Shown here piece after piece: positions 20,319 through 29,075 of a stretch of 64,000 nucleotides of DNA (position 1 is its first letter; each line of letters starts with the position of its first letter). Made by a program: the position numbers and the translations under genes. The DNA is from Gammaproteobacteria bacterium (GTDB lineage Bacteria > Pseudomonadota > Gammaproteobacteria > Eutrophobiales > Eutrophobiaceae): positions 320,001 to 384,000 of the forward strand of contig OZ244905.1 of NCBI GenBank assembly GCA_965221695.1, given 5' to 3'. A model generated the notes under the pieces. That model ran no database searches. It was given only the letters and a program-made list of their open reading frames with translations, and was not told the origin of the DNA.

Positions 20319-21968
20319 GTGAAGAATACTATGAGCACGGTATATAAAGAGTTTCTGAAGACAGAGACCAGGGTTTCCGCCCAGGCTTTTCTGCACATCC
20401 CGCGTCAGGCTACCAGGGAATATCACGATCGGTCTGTTGATTATACCTATGCAGAGGCGCTGCAGGCAGTCAATGCCTTAAGCGAGCAATACGCCGAAGC
20501 CGGCTACGGCCACGGCATGCGTGTGGCGCTCATGCTGGACAACCGGGCAGAGTTTTTTCTGCATTTTCTTGCTCTGAACAAACTCGGTATCAGTATTGTG
20601 CCGGTGAATTCCAGTTTTCTGCCTCGGGAAATCGCTTATGTCATCACTCATAGCGACGCCTGCCTGGTTTTGTGTCTGCCCTGTTATCGGGACAAGACGC
20701 GGGCGGCCCTTGCCGCTGAACACACGACCATTCCAATTGCCGATACCGATTCATTGTCCCGGTTGCCTGTCTGCAGCGAGACAAAGAGGTCAGGCGCACC
20801 GCGCAAGAACACGGAGGTGGCAGTGCTGTACACCTCCGGAACCACCGGCACGCCCAAAGGTTGCATGTTGAACAACGAATACTTCACCTGTATGGGAGAA
20901 TGGTATGCCAATATCGATGGTTACTGCCGGCTGGCATACGCAGAGGAGAGGATGCTGACACCGCTGCCACTGGTACACATGAATGCGCTGTGTTCCATGA
21001 TGGCGATGATTATGAGCGGTGGCTGCATAATTCAATTGGATCGTTTTCATGCGTCAAGCTGGTGGGAAACAGTGCGTGAATCCAGGGCGACTTGCCTGCA
21101 TTATCTCGGTGTCATACCGGCAATTCTGTTGAACCAGCCTGAAACAGCGCATGACAACATGGGGCGGCAGATCAAGTTCGGGTTCGGCGCCGGTGTCGAC
21201 CCGAAACATCTGCAACGTTTCGAACAACGCTTCGGTTTTCCCCTGGTGGAAGGTTGGGCCATGACCGAAACCGGCACGTATGTCTGTATCACGGCCAACA
21301 AGGAGCCCCGCCATATCGGTACCCGCTGCATCGGCAAGGCGCCCGATGTGATTGAATATCGCCTGGTGGATGAAGAGGGCAACAATGTGGCCGAAGGCGA
21401 ACCGGGAGAATTATTGATCCGCGCCAGTGGAGACAACCCGCGCAAAGGCTTCTTCTCCGGTTATTACAAGAACCCGGAAGAAACAGCCAAGGTCTGGGAG
21501 GGGGGCTATTTTCATACCGGCGACGTGGTGCGAATCAGCGCGGATGGCTCCTTTCATTTCGTGGATCGGCGCAAGAATATCATCCGGCGCAGCGGTGAAA
21601 ACATCGCCGCAGTGGAAGTTGAGAACGTGCTGTTCCAACACCCTTTGGTCGCCAACTGCGCGGTAGCGCCTGTTTACGATGAGACCCGCGGCGAAGAAGT
21701 AGGCGTCTGCGTCATCCTCGACACATCCTCAGAGGAATATACCGGTTCCGAAACTGAACTGGCCGAAACCTTGTTTGCATTTTGCGCAGAGCGTTTAATC
21801 TACTACAAAGTCCCGGCCTGGTACCTGTTTGTCGCTGAACTGCCTATGACCGCGTCACAGAAACTTCAGCGCGGCGAAATCAAGGCGCTTGTCAACAAAC
21901 TGGTGGAAGAGGGCCGTTGTATCGACTTGAGAGAGCGTAAACGCAGGAAAAAAAATGTTGCCGTATGA
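20319..21968 (+). CDS. AMP-forming acyl-CoA ligase (CaiC-like)
   Basis: YTSGTTGTPKG, GWAMTETG, FHTGD, RRSGENI. Confidence 0.92.
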   Translation: MKNTMSTVYKEFLKTETRVSAQAFLHIPRQATREYHDRSVDYTYAEALQAVNALSEQYAEAGYGHGMRVALMLDNRAEFFLHFLALNKLGISIVPVNSSFLPREIAYVITHSDACLVLCLPCYRDKTRAALAAEHTTIPIADTDSLSRLPVCSETKRSGAPRKNTEVAVLYTSGTTGTPKGCMLNNEYFTCMGEWYANIDGYCRLAYAEERMLTPLPLVHMNALCSMMAMIMSGGCIIQLDRFHASSWWETVRESRATCLHYLGVIPAILLNQPETAHDNMGRQIKFGFGAGVDPKHLQRFEQRFGFPLVEGWAMTETGTYVCITANKEPRHIGTRCIGKAPDVIEYRLVDEEGNNVAEGEPGELLIRASGDNPRKGFFSGYYKNPEETAKVWEGGYFHTGDVVRISADGSFHFVDRRKNIIRRSGENIAAVEVENVLFQHPLVANCAVAPVYDETRGEEVGVCVILDTSSEEYTGSETELAETLFAFCAERLIYYKVPAWYLFVAELPMTASQKLQRGEIKALVNKLVEEGRCIDLRERKRRKKNVAV

Positions 21969-23121
21969 AGATATTGCTCTGGTCGCCGCAACCAGTCTGC
22001 GTTATGTGAAACGTAGCGAACGCAGCGCGGCCTGGTTTATCGGCATGACGTTTGCTCGTATGCTGGAACGCGCCGGATTGCGAAAACACGATGTGGACGG
22101 CCTGGCGATTGCCAGTTTTACCCTGGCGCCAGACAGTGTGGCGAGCATGACTGAATACCTGGATATATCACCGCGTTGGCTGGAACAGATCCCGATGGGC
22201 GGCGCCAGCGGACCAGTCGCCACCAAGCGCGCGGCGCGGGCGGTACAGTCCGGCGATGCCGAGGTCGTGGCGTGCATCGGAGGCGATACCGCATCGGCGG
22301 ACACATTCGTCAATCTGGTGGAGCGCTTCAGCCGGTTTTCGACAGACGCGGTATATCCCTATGGCGCCGGCGGGCCAAATACGGTGTTTGCCATGATTAC
22401 CCGCCATTACATGGAACAGTATGGCGCGCAGCGCGAAGACTTTGGTCGTATCTGTATCGCCCAACGAGAAAATGCCCTGGCTGCGGGTCGCGCAATGTTC
22501 AATACACCGTTATCCATGAAGGATTATTTGGGCGCGCGCCCCATCTGCGATCCCTTGCGTTTGTATGATTGCGTGATGCCCGTTGCCGGCGCTGACGGTT
22601 TTCTGGTAATGCCGGTTGCCCGGGCGGAGGCCCTGGACCTGCCCTATGCCAGGCTGCTGGCCGCGGGAGAGCGGCACAACGCCTGGTCTGACGACGATGT
22701 GCATTTTCGCGCCGGTTGGCGACTCTACCGGGATGAATTGTACGATCAGGCGGGGGTCGATCCAGACAACATTGACTTTTTGCAGACCTACGATGATTAC
22801 CCCGTAATAGCCATGATTCAGATGGAGGACCTCGGATTTTGCGACAAAGGCGGGGCGCCGGATTTTGTGCGCACGCGCGCGCTGACCTGGAACGGTGGAG
22901 GGCTACCGCATAATACCTGCGGCGGGCAATTATCCGCGGGACAGGCCGGCGCTGCCGGCGGTTTTCTTGGCACGGTCGAGGCCATCCGACAACTGACCAC
23001 AACCGGTTTGCCTAACCAGATTCCCGGCGCAAAAACCGGCATGGTAAGTGGCTATGGCATGGTCAACTATGATCGCTGTCTGTGCACCAGCGCCGCGCTT
23101 CTGGGCCGGGGACGGCAATGA
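21955..23121 (+). CDS. Thiolase-superfamily protein lacking the nucleophilic Cys (Ltp2/SCPx-like)
   Basis: MGGASG at the Cys site; PLRLYDC, QTYDDYP, NTCGGQLS. Confidence 0.85.
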   Translation: MLPYEDIALVAATSLRYVKRSERSAAWFIGMTFARMLERAGLRKHDVDGLAIASFTLAPDSVASMTEYLDISPRWLEQIPMGGASGPVATKRAARAVQSGDAEVVACIGGDTASADTFVNLVERFSRFSTDAVYPYGAGGPNTVFAMITRHYMEQYGAQREDFGRICIAQRENALAAGRAMFNTPLSMKDYLGARPICDPLRLYDCVMPVAGADGFLVMPVARAEALDLPYARLLAAGERHNAWSDDDVHFRAGWRLYRDELYDQAGVDPDNIDFLQTYDDYPVIAMIQMEDLGFCDKGGAPDFVRTRALTWNGGGLPHNTCGGQLSAGQAGAAGGFLGTVEAIRQLTTTGLPNQIPGAKTGMVSGYGMVNYDRCLCTSAALLGRGRQ

Positions 23122-23558
23122 AAGACCAATCAGGCCCTCCTGCCGCGCGCTCCCATCTTTGGCAGCGCGTCAACCAGACTGCCGCTGAGGGAACGCTCAG
23201 ACTGCAGGTCTGCAAACACTGCGGCAAGACGCAGTATCCGCCGCAGGAATTCTGCAGTGTTTGTCTGAGCGATGACTTATCGTGGGAACAGGTCAACCCT
23301 TTAGGCAAAACGCTTTCATGGACTACAAGCCATGCCAGCAACAACCGGTTTTTCAAGGATCGATTGCCTCTTCACATTGGAATGATTAAACTGGATTGCG
23401 GTCCTGTTATGATTGCTTATCTGGCAGCGTCCTGTTTACGCGCCGGCAGCAGGACACAAATCTCGGTTTATCCTGATAAATCCGGCCAGGCCGTCTTCCT
23501 TGCCGCGCCGCCGGGCTCAGATCCTGCGCCTGAATTCAGCAACATACTGATTGAATAA
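23118..23558 (+). CDS. DUF35 Zn-ribbon/OB-fold protein
   Basis: LQVCKHCG..QYPP..FCSVC; ATGA overlap with the thiolase stop. Confidence 0.88.
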   Translation: MKDQSGPPAARSHLWQRVNQTAAEGTLRLQVCKHCGKTQYPPQEFCSVCLSDDLSWEQVNPLGKTLSWTTSHASNNRFFKDRLPLHIGMIKLDCGPVMIAYLAASCLRAGSRTQISVYPDKSGQAVFLAAPPGSDPAPEFSNILIE

Positions 23559-23632
23559 TCGCTAACCTGCAAACACTGGCCGTTTCGGATACCCGTTTGC
23601 TCAGGAGCCGACGCTGCCACAGGAGATGAAAT

Positions 23633-24364
23633 ATGATAAAAAAAAATCAAGTAGTGGTCGTTACCGGCGGCAACCGGGGTATCGGCGCGGATATTACCCG
23701 GCGCTTTCTCAACAGCGGCTACCTCGTCGTCAATATATCCAGGCAGCCCCCTGAGTTTGCGCATGAACGCCTGATCAATTATACCGCTGACCTGGCGAAT
23801 CAACAGGCAACACGGGAAGTCGGCATGGAGATAGCGAAACAGCATGAGGTTACGAACTTCATTCACAATGCCGGCGTCATCCGTCCCGATTTGCTTGAAA
23901 ATGTCAGTCTTGAAGACCTGGATTACTTAACCCAACTGCACTTGGGCAGCGCGATCACTTTGGCGCAACAGTTTGTGCCGGCAATGCGCGCGGCGCAGTT
24001 CGGCAGGATCATCCTCATCTCATCCCGCGGCGTGCTGGGCTTGGTGACTCGTACCAATTATGCGGCTACCAAGGCCGGACAGATTGGCATCACGCGCACC
24101 TGGGCATTGGAATTGGCAAAAGACGGGATTACGGTGAATTGTGTGGCGCCCGGGCCGATTGTGACGGATATGTTCCATGAGCTGGTTCCGGACGACAGCG
24201 AACAAAAGACACAGATCGCGGAGAGCGTTCCGGTCAAACGCTTGGGTACTCCTCAAGACATCGGGCGCGTGGTTGAATTTTTGTGCGCGCCAGACAGCGG
24301 CTTCATTACCGGACAGACCTGGTATATCTGTGGCGGCGCCAGCCTGGGCTCGCTGGCTTTGTGA
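23633..24364 (+). CDS. SDR oxidoreductase
   Basis: TGGNRGIG, HNAG, YAATK. Confidence 0.9.
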   Translation: MIKKNQVVVVTGGNRGIGADITRRFLNSGYLVVNISRQPPEFAHERLINYTADLANQQATREVGMEIAKQHEVTNFIHNAGVIRPDLLENVSLEDLDYLTQLHLGSAITLAQQFVPAMRAAQFGRIILISSRGVLGLVTRTNYAATKAGQIGITRTWALELAKDGITVNCVAPGPIVTDMFHELVPDDSEQKTQIAESVPVKRLGTPQDIGRVVEFLCAPDSGFITGQTWYICGGASLGSLAL

Positions 24365-24445
24365 TATTGGATAATTCTTATGCTCGCATATCCCTTGTTG
24401 GGCGCGCGGGCGTTAGCCAGCCATACGATTCCAGAGAAACTCAAG

Positions 24446-25690
24446 TCAAATTATGACCAATATCAGATAAAACGCCGCGAATAATGTCAGCGCCCAGACG
24501 CAGACCACACTGTAGCGAGTCAGTCCTGGCGCTGGCTGCATCTTTGCCGGCACATCTTCGGAATGCATGGCGCGGTGAATTAGCCAGGCCAGCGCTGGCG
24601 CAGTCAGAAACGCCAGGGTAGTGGCGATATCGATCAGGGTTTTGAATGATTGAAGGAAAAACATGATGATGGACAGGGAAATCAGGATCATTCCCAGGAT
24701 AGTAGCCAGATAAATCCTGAAGCGCAGCTTCTCCGGCAATGCTTCGTTCCTGAAACAATTAACCAGAGCGCATACAGTGCGTGGGTAGCCATCGTGTATG
24801 ACCAGTACGGTGGATAGCATGACTGCGAATGCGGCAATGGCAATAATTGGCCTGGTCCATTGTCCCAAGAGCGAAGAATAAATGTTGACGAGTTGCGCTG
24901 AAAACTCGGCCGGAGAAGATGAAAACTGCAGGTCGGAACCATGCATCACCGCAGCCCCCAGCATCAGAAAGCAGAGCGCGGTCACGATAGTCGAGCAATA
25001 CCCGACGTGATAATCCAGTTTTACCTCTGCGGCGGACAGCTTGTTCTGTTTGTTCTTTTCCAGGACCCACAACGATTGCCAGATGCAGGTTTCGAATGGC
25101 GCCGGCATAAAGCCGATCAATGCCGCCAGAAACAAAATCGATGACCTGTTGAATACGTCAGGTGTGAGAATATCGGCCTGCCCCCAGTCGATCAAGGGCA
25201 TGGAGAGTGACGTTGCCGCCAGGGTAGAGACAAACAGGATCAGGAGCAGGATTTTTGTAATACTGTCCAACCAGTGGTACTGGCCGGCTATCAGGCAGAT
25301 GCCGGAAAAAGCACAGATACAAGCAGCCACCACGGCGATAGGCAGGTTCAGGTTAAAACTGATCACTGCCAGACCGCTCGTCACCAACACCACTGCTGCA
25401 AACCCGGTAAACATCACACAAAATATCACCAGCGCGCACAGCCATACGGCCCAGCTTCCCTGACGGCGAAAACCGGTCAGCAAGTGTTGCCCGGTGGCGT
25501 AAGCGTATTCATGTCCGAAACGGAAGATCGGGTATTTCATAGCAAAAGCCAGCAGGATGAACAACAACAAGTCCATCCCGTAAAGGGCGCCGGCGCGGGT
25601 TGCCTGCACCAGGTGGGATACCCCGATAGCCGCGGCAGCCATCAACAGTCCGGGACCAAGAACTGTGAACAGCCTGTATTTCCATTTCAT
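24446..25690 (-). CDS. NRAMP-related (APC-fold) transporter
   Basis: LGPGLLMAAAAIGVSHLVQATRAGA.YG; many TM helices; start moved to ATG 25690. Confidence 0.75.
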   Translation of the reverse strand: MKWKYRLFTVLGPGLLMAAAAIGVSHLVQATRAGALYGMDLLLFILLAFAMKYPIFRFGHEYAYATGQHLLTGFRRQGSWAVWLCALVIFCVMFTGFAAVVLVTSGLAVISFNLNLPIAVVAACICAFSGICLIAGQYHWLDSITKILLLILFVSTLAATSLSMPLIDWGQADILTPDVFNRSSILFLAALIGFMPAPFETCIWQSLWVLEKNKQNKLSAAEVKLDYHVGYCSTIVTALCFLMLGAAVMHGSDLQFSSSPAEFSAQLVNIYSSLLGQWTRPIIAIAAFAVMLSTVLVIHDGYPRTVCALVNCFRNEALPEKLRFRIYLATILGMILISLSIIMFFLQSFKTLIDIATTLAFLTAPALAWLIHRAMHSEDVPAKMQPAPGLTRYSVVCVWALTLFAAFYLILVII

Positions 25691-25755
25691 CAGAGCATGA
25701 TAACCACGGTTTGCGCATTTGACCACCATAACAACGCCTCCCCGCCTGGATACGC

Positions 25756-25793
25756 GCTCTGACAAGTCCAGAATGGATTTATCAGATCTTTCC
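25756..25793. repeat. Degenerate terminal hairpin of the MITE family
   Basis: GCTCTGACAAGTCCAGAATGGATTTATCAGATCTTTCC compared with 62783-62820. Confidence 0.7.
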
Positions 25794-25920
25794 AAAATTT
25801 ACACGGCAAAAAACGTATGCCTCTATCTTGACCTGCTTCTCAAGGTTTGGGATAAAGCTCTTGAAACAAAACCGGATTTGATGGATGATGGCAAGATGGT
25901 AAAAAACACTTAGGTTTCCC

Positions 25921-27165
25921 ATGGATGCTATTCCGATTCCCTGGAGTAAGATACGTATTTATTTTTTGCTTCTCCTCTTTCTGACAGGTTGTGACGCGCA
26001 ACAACCGGCGGATGAATCTGCGCCGGTTGCTATCTCATCCGGCGAGAAGGATACGTATGTGGACACCAGCAAGGGACCTCTGTCCAAGGACATTTTTGGT
26101 AAGGTTGCCAGTTTGCCGGAAACGCCGCATCCCCACTGGGTCTGGATTTATGATATCGCCGCCAGTTCAATGCCGGACGGGCGCGCCTATCTGTATGATG
26201 GAAACAGCGCACGGTTGCTGGGCATGCTCAATACCGGATATTCCTTCAATGCGTTGAATATTCCCAGCCATTACCGGGAAGTCTATTCGGCTGAAACATA
26301 TTATGCCAGAACAACCCGCGGGGCACGCGCCGATGTGGTCAGTATTTACGACCCGTTCACGCTATTACCGGTAACTGAAATAGCGATCCCTGCAAAACGC
26401 GTGTCCACCCTGCCCAGGCTGGCAGATTCTGCATTGACCGACGATGATCGTTTTATGGCTGTTTTCAACCTGACGCCGGCGGCGTCATTGAGCATTGTGG
26501 ATCTGACGCAGCGCCGATTTGCCGGAGAAGTTATGATCCCCGGCTGCGCAATGGCTTATGGCGCCGGCGACAGACGTTTCTTCGCACTGTGCAGCGACGG
26601 GACGCTGCTGCTGATCGACCTGACAGAAGAGGGCGGGCAGGCCACATCGCAAAGAAGCGAGCCTTTTTTCAACGCGCTTGAGGATCCGATCCTGGAGACC
26701 GGCGCCCGTCAAGGCAACGTTTGGTATTTCATGTCGGTTCTGGGAAAAGTCCATCCGGTGGAAATCGCTGCCGGCGGACCGGATTTTCCCGATACCTGGT
26801 GGTACCTGGATGAGCAGGATCGAGACAACAACTGGCGCATAGGAGGAATACAGGCCGTCGCCCTGCATAAGGCGACTGAACAGCTCTACCTGTTGATGCA
26901 TCAGGGTGATTTCTATTCCTACGAAGCGCCCGGACCGGAAATCTGGGTTTATGATCTGGCCACCCGCGCGCGCCTGAAAAAAATCAGGACCAGACATCCC
27001 AGCATATCGATCGCAGTGAGTCAGGATGACAGTCCGCTGCTATACACGATAACCGAAGATTTGAAGAGATTGGAAATCTATGACGCAATTAACGGTGAAT
27101 ACCTGCGCTCAGCCGGAGAACTGGGTATCACGCCGTTTTTAATTGAGCCGTTGCCGTTGCTATAG
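25921..27165 (+). CDS. aauB: TTQ amine dehydrogenase large subunit (AauB/MauB family), predicted lipoprotein
   Basis: LLFLTGC lipobox; YSAETYYARTTRG.R.DVV, FNLTPAAS, LCSDG, LYLLMH, EIWVYD. Confidence 0.8.
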   Translation: MDAIPIPWSKIRIYFLLLLFLTGCDAQQPADESAPVAISSGEKDTYVDTSKGPLSKDIFGKVASLPETPHPHWVWIYDIAASSMPDGRAYLYDGNSARLLGMLNTGYSFNALNIPSHYREVYSAETYYARTTRGARADVVSIYDPFTLLPVTEIAIPAKRVSTLPRLADSALTDDDRFMAVFNLTPAASLSIVDLTQRRFAGEVMIPGCAMAYGAGDRRFFALCSDGTLLLIDLTEEGGQATSQRSEPFFNALEDPILETGARQGNVWYFMSVLGKVHPVEIAAGGPDFPDTWWYLDEQDRDNNWRIGGIQAVALHKATEQLYLLMHQGDFYSYEAPGPEIWVYDLATRARLKKIRTRHPSISIAVSQDDSPLLYTITEDLKRLEIYDAINGEYLRSAGELGITPFLIEPLPLL

Positions 27166-27221
27166 AGCAAGATTCAAACATTCATATCAATTTATTCCGC
27201 CGATGATTGTGAGGGTAAAAC

Positions 27222-27740
27222 ATGAGGTTTTTTGATCGCTGGTTCCAAGATAGGAGCCGCTCCCTGGCGCTCCGCACATCGCGCCGGAGCTTTTTGCAGA
27301 AAGCCGGTATCCTGTTGGTTGGCGCCGGCGCTGTGCCGTTGCTGCCCGTCGCCAGGGCGAATACGGCGCCGGAGGACAGCTCGATTGCCGGACCTGAAGG
27401 CGATCCGGAAAAATGCGAGTACTGGCGCAACTGCGGTATGGATGGTTTTCTTTGCTCTTGTTGCGGCGGCAGCCACATCAGTTGCCCGCCTGGCACAGAG
27501 ATGGCGCCCATGACCTGGGTAGGCACCTGTAAAAACCCTGCGGACGGGCGCGACTATATTATTGCCTACAATGACTGCTGCGGCAAAAGCACCTGCAATC
27601 GCTGCATGTGCAATCGCAACGAGGGCGACCTGCCTAATTATTTCCCATCCAAGAGCAATGATATCAACTGGTGTATGGGCTCCAGTAACAATGTCTATCA
27701 CTGTACGACCACTATATTGCTGGGATTGGCGGTGAGCTGA
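27222..27740 (+). CDS. aauA: TTQ amine dehydrogenase small subunit (aromatic amine dehydrogenase-like)
   Basis: Tat signal SRRSFL; CEYWRNC..DGFLCSCCGG, TWVGTC, DCCG, NDINWCM; both TTQ tryptophans present. Confidence 0.85.
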   Translation: MRFFDRWFQDRSRSLALRTSRRSFLQKAGILLVGAGAVPLLPVARANTAPEDSSIAGPEGDPEKCEYWRNCGMDGFLCSCCGGSHISCPPGTEMAPMTWVGTCKNPADGRDYIIAYNDCCGKSTCNRCMCNRNEGDLPNYFPSKSNDINWCMGSSNNVYHCTTTILLGLAVS

Positions 27741-27755
27741 CCTTAGGTTGGTCCG

Positions 27756-29075
27756 ATGGGCATATCTATCTGCAATGATGAGATAGCTTCACTGGTTCAG
27801 CCGGACCGGGTGCATAAACGGGTTTACACGGACCCGGCCATATTCGACCTGGAGATGGAACGCATATGGGGCAATGCCTGGATCTATATCGGCCACGAGA
27901 GCCAGGTGAAACGCCCTGGAGACTTCTTTACCACTACGCTGGGCAAACAATCGGTTATCGTCACCCGGCATAGCGATAACCGGATCTATGTGCTGTATAA
28001 CCGCTGCGCTCATAAGGGCGCTCAGTTGATCGCGCAACCCTGCGGTCACGCGCGGCAACTACGTTGCGCGTATCATGGCTATGTATTCGATACGGCCGGC
28101 GTCCTCACGCATATCCCCCGGGAGGAAGGATACAAAGATACGGACTTCGCGCGTGCTACGACTCTGACCGGCATCCGCCAAGTAGCCAGGGTCGAGACGT
28201 ATCGCGGCTTTATTTTTGCCAACCAGGCGCCGCATGGAGCCGATTTGGCAAGCTGGTTGGGACTGGCCACCACTTCCCTTGATAATGCCGTCGACAGGTC
28301 GCCTACTGGCGAGATCGAGATGACCGGCGGTGTATTGCGTTATCTGCATGACGCCAACTGGAAGATCCTGTTGGAAAACGTATCTGACAATATGCATCCT
28401 GCGGTCACTCACCAGTCTGCGTGGCAACCGGCAAAACGTCTCGCCAGTGAATATCCGGAAGATCAGAAGCCTTTGCCGCTTGCCATGCTGGAACCTTTCG
28501 GTTCAAGTTACGAGTTTTTCGACAAGATAGCAATGACCACTTGCGGCAACGGCCACACCTGGTCCGGCGGCAATGCAACAATCCATATCGGTTATCCGCG
28601 TGAATCGAAATACGTGCGCGACCTGGTGGCAGTCCACGGAGAGGAGCAGACCAAGCGCATACTTTCCATGCAACGGCAGAATACCATCATCTATCCCAGT
28701 ATCGCGTTCAAGAGCGCATTACAGACGATCCGGGTTTATCGCCCCATAGCTGTCGACAAGACAATACAGGAGACCTGGACGTACAAGCTGGGCGGGGTAT
28801 CAGACGATGTGTTGCATACTTCGACGCTTTACAACCAGTTGATCTTCTCGCCGTTTTCCATAGCCGGCCATGATGATTATGAAGCTTACCACCGCATCCA
28901 GCACGGACTGCAGGCAGACGCTTCCGAGTGGGTGAGTCAGCACCGCCATTATGGCCGCGACCAGCGCAATGATGACGGGACCGTACAGGCACGCGGCACC
29001 AGCGATATCGTATTCCGACACGAGTTTGAAGCCTGGAAGAACTACATGACATTATCGCATGTGGAAGCCTCCTGA
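27756..29075 (+). CDS. Second Rieske oxygenase alpha subunit, paralog of 16571-17884
   Basis: CAH..CAYH; ENVSDNMHPAVTH; DDYEAYHR.QHGLQ shared with the first copy. Confidence 0.9.
   Translation: MGISICNDEIASLVQPDRVHKRVYTDPAIFDLEMERIWGNAWIYIGHESQVKRPGDFFTTTLGKQSVIVTRHSDNRIYVLYNRCAHKGAQLIAQPCGHARQLRCAYHGYVFDTAGVLTHIPREEGYKDTDFARATTLTGIRQVARVETYRGFIFANQAPHGADLASWLGLATTSLDNAVDRSPTGEIEMTGGVLRYLHDANWKILLENVSDNMHPAVTHQSAWQPAKRLASEYPEDQKPLPLAMLEPFGSSYEFFDKIAMTTCGNGHTWSGGNATIHIGYPRESKYVRDLVAVHGEEQTKRILSMQRQNTIIYPSIAFKSALQTIRVYRPIAVDKTIQETWTYKLGGVSDDVLHTSTLYNQLIFSPFSIAGHDDYEAYHRIQHGLQADASEWVSQHRHYGRDQRNDDGTVQARGTSDIVFRHEFEAWKNYMTLSHVEAS

Noticed and set aside
25691-25795. N-terminal extension of the transporter ORF
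   Set aside because: Runs through a MITE remnant; ATG 25690 fits the family start
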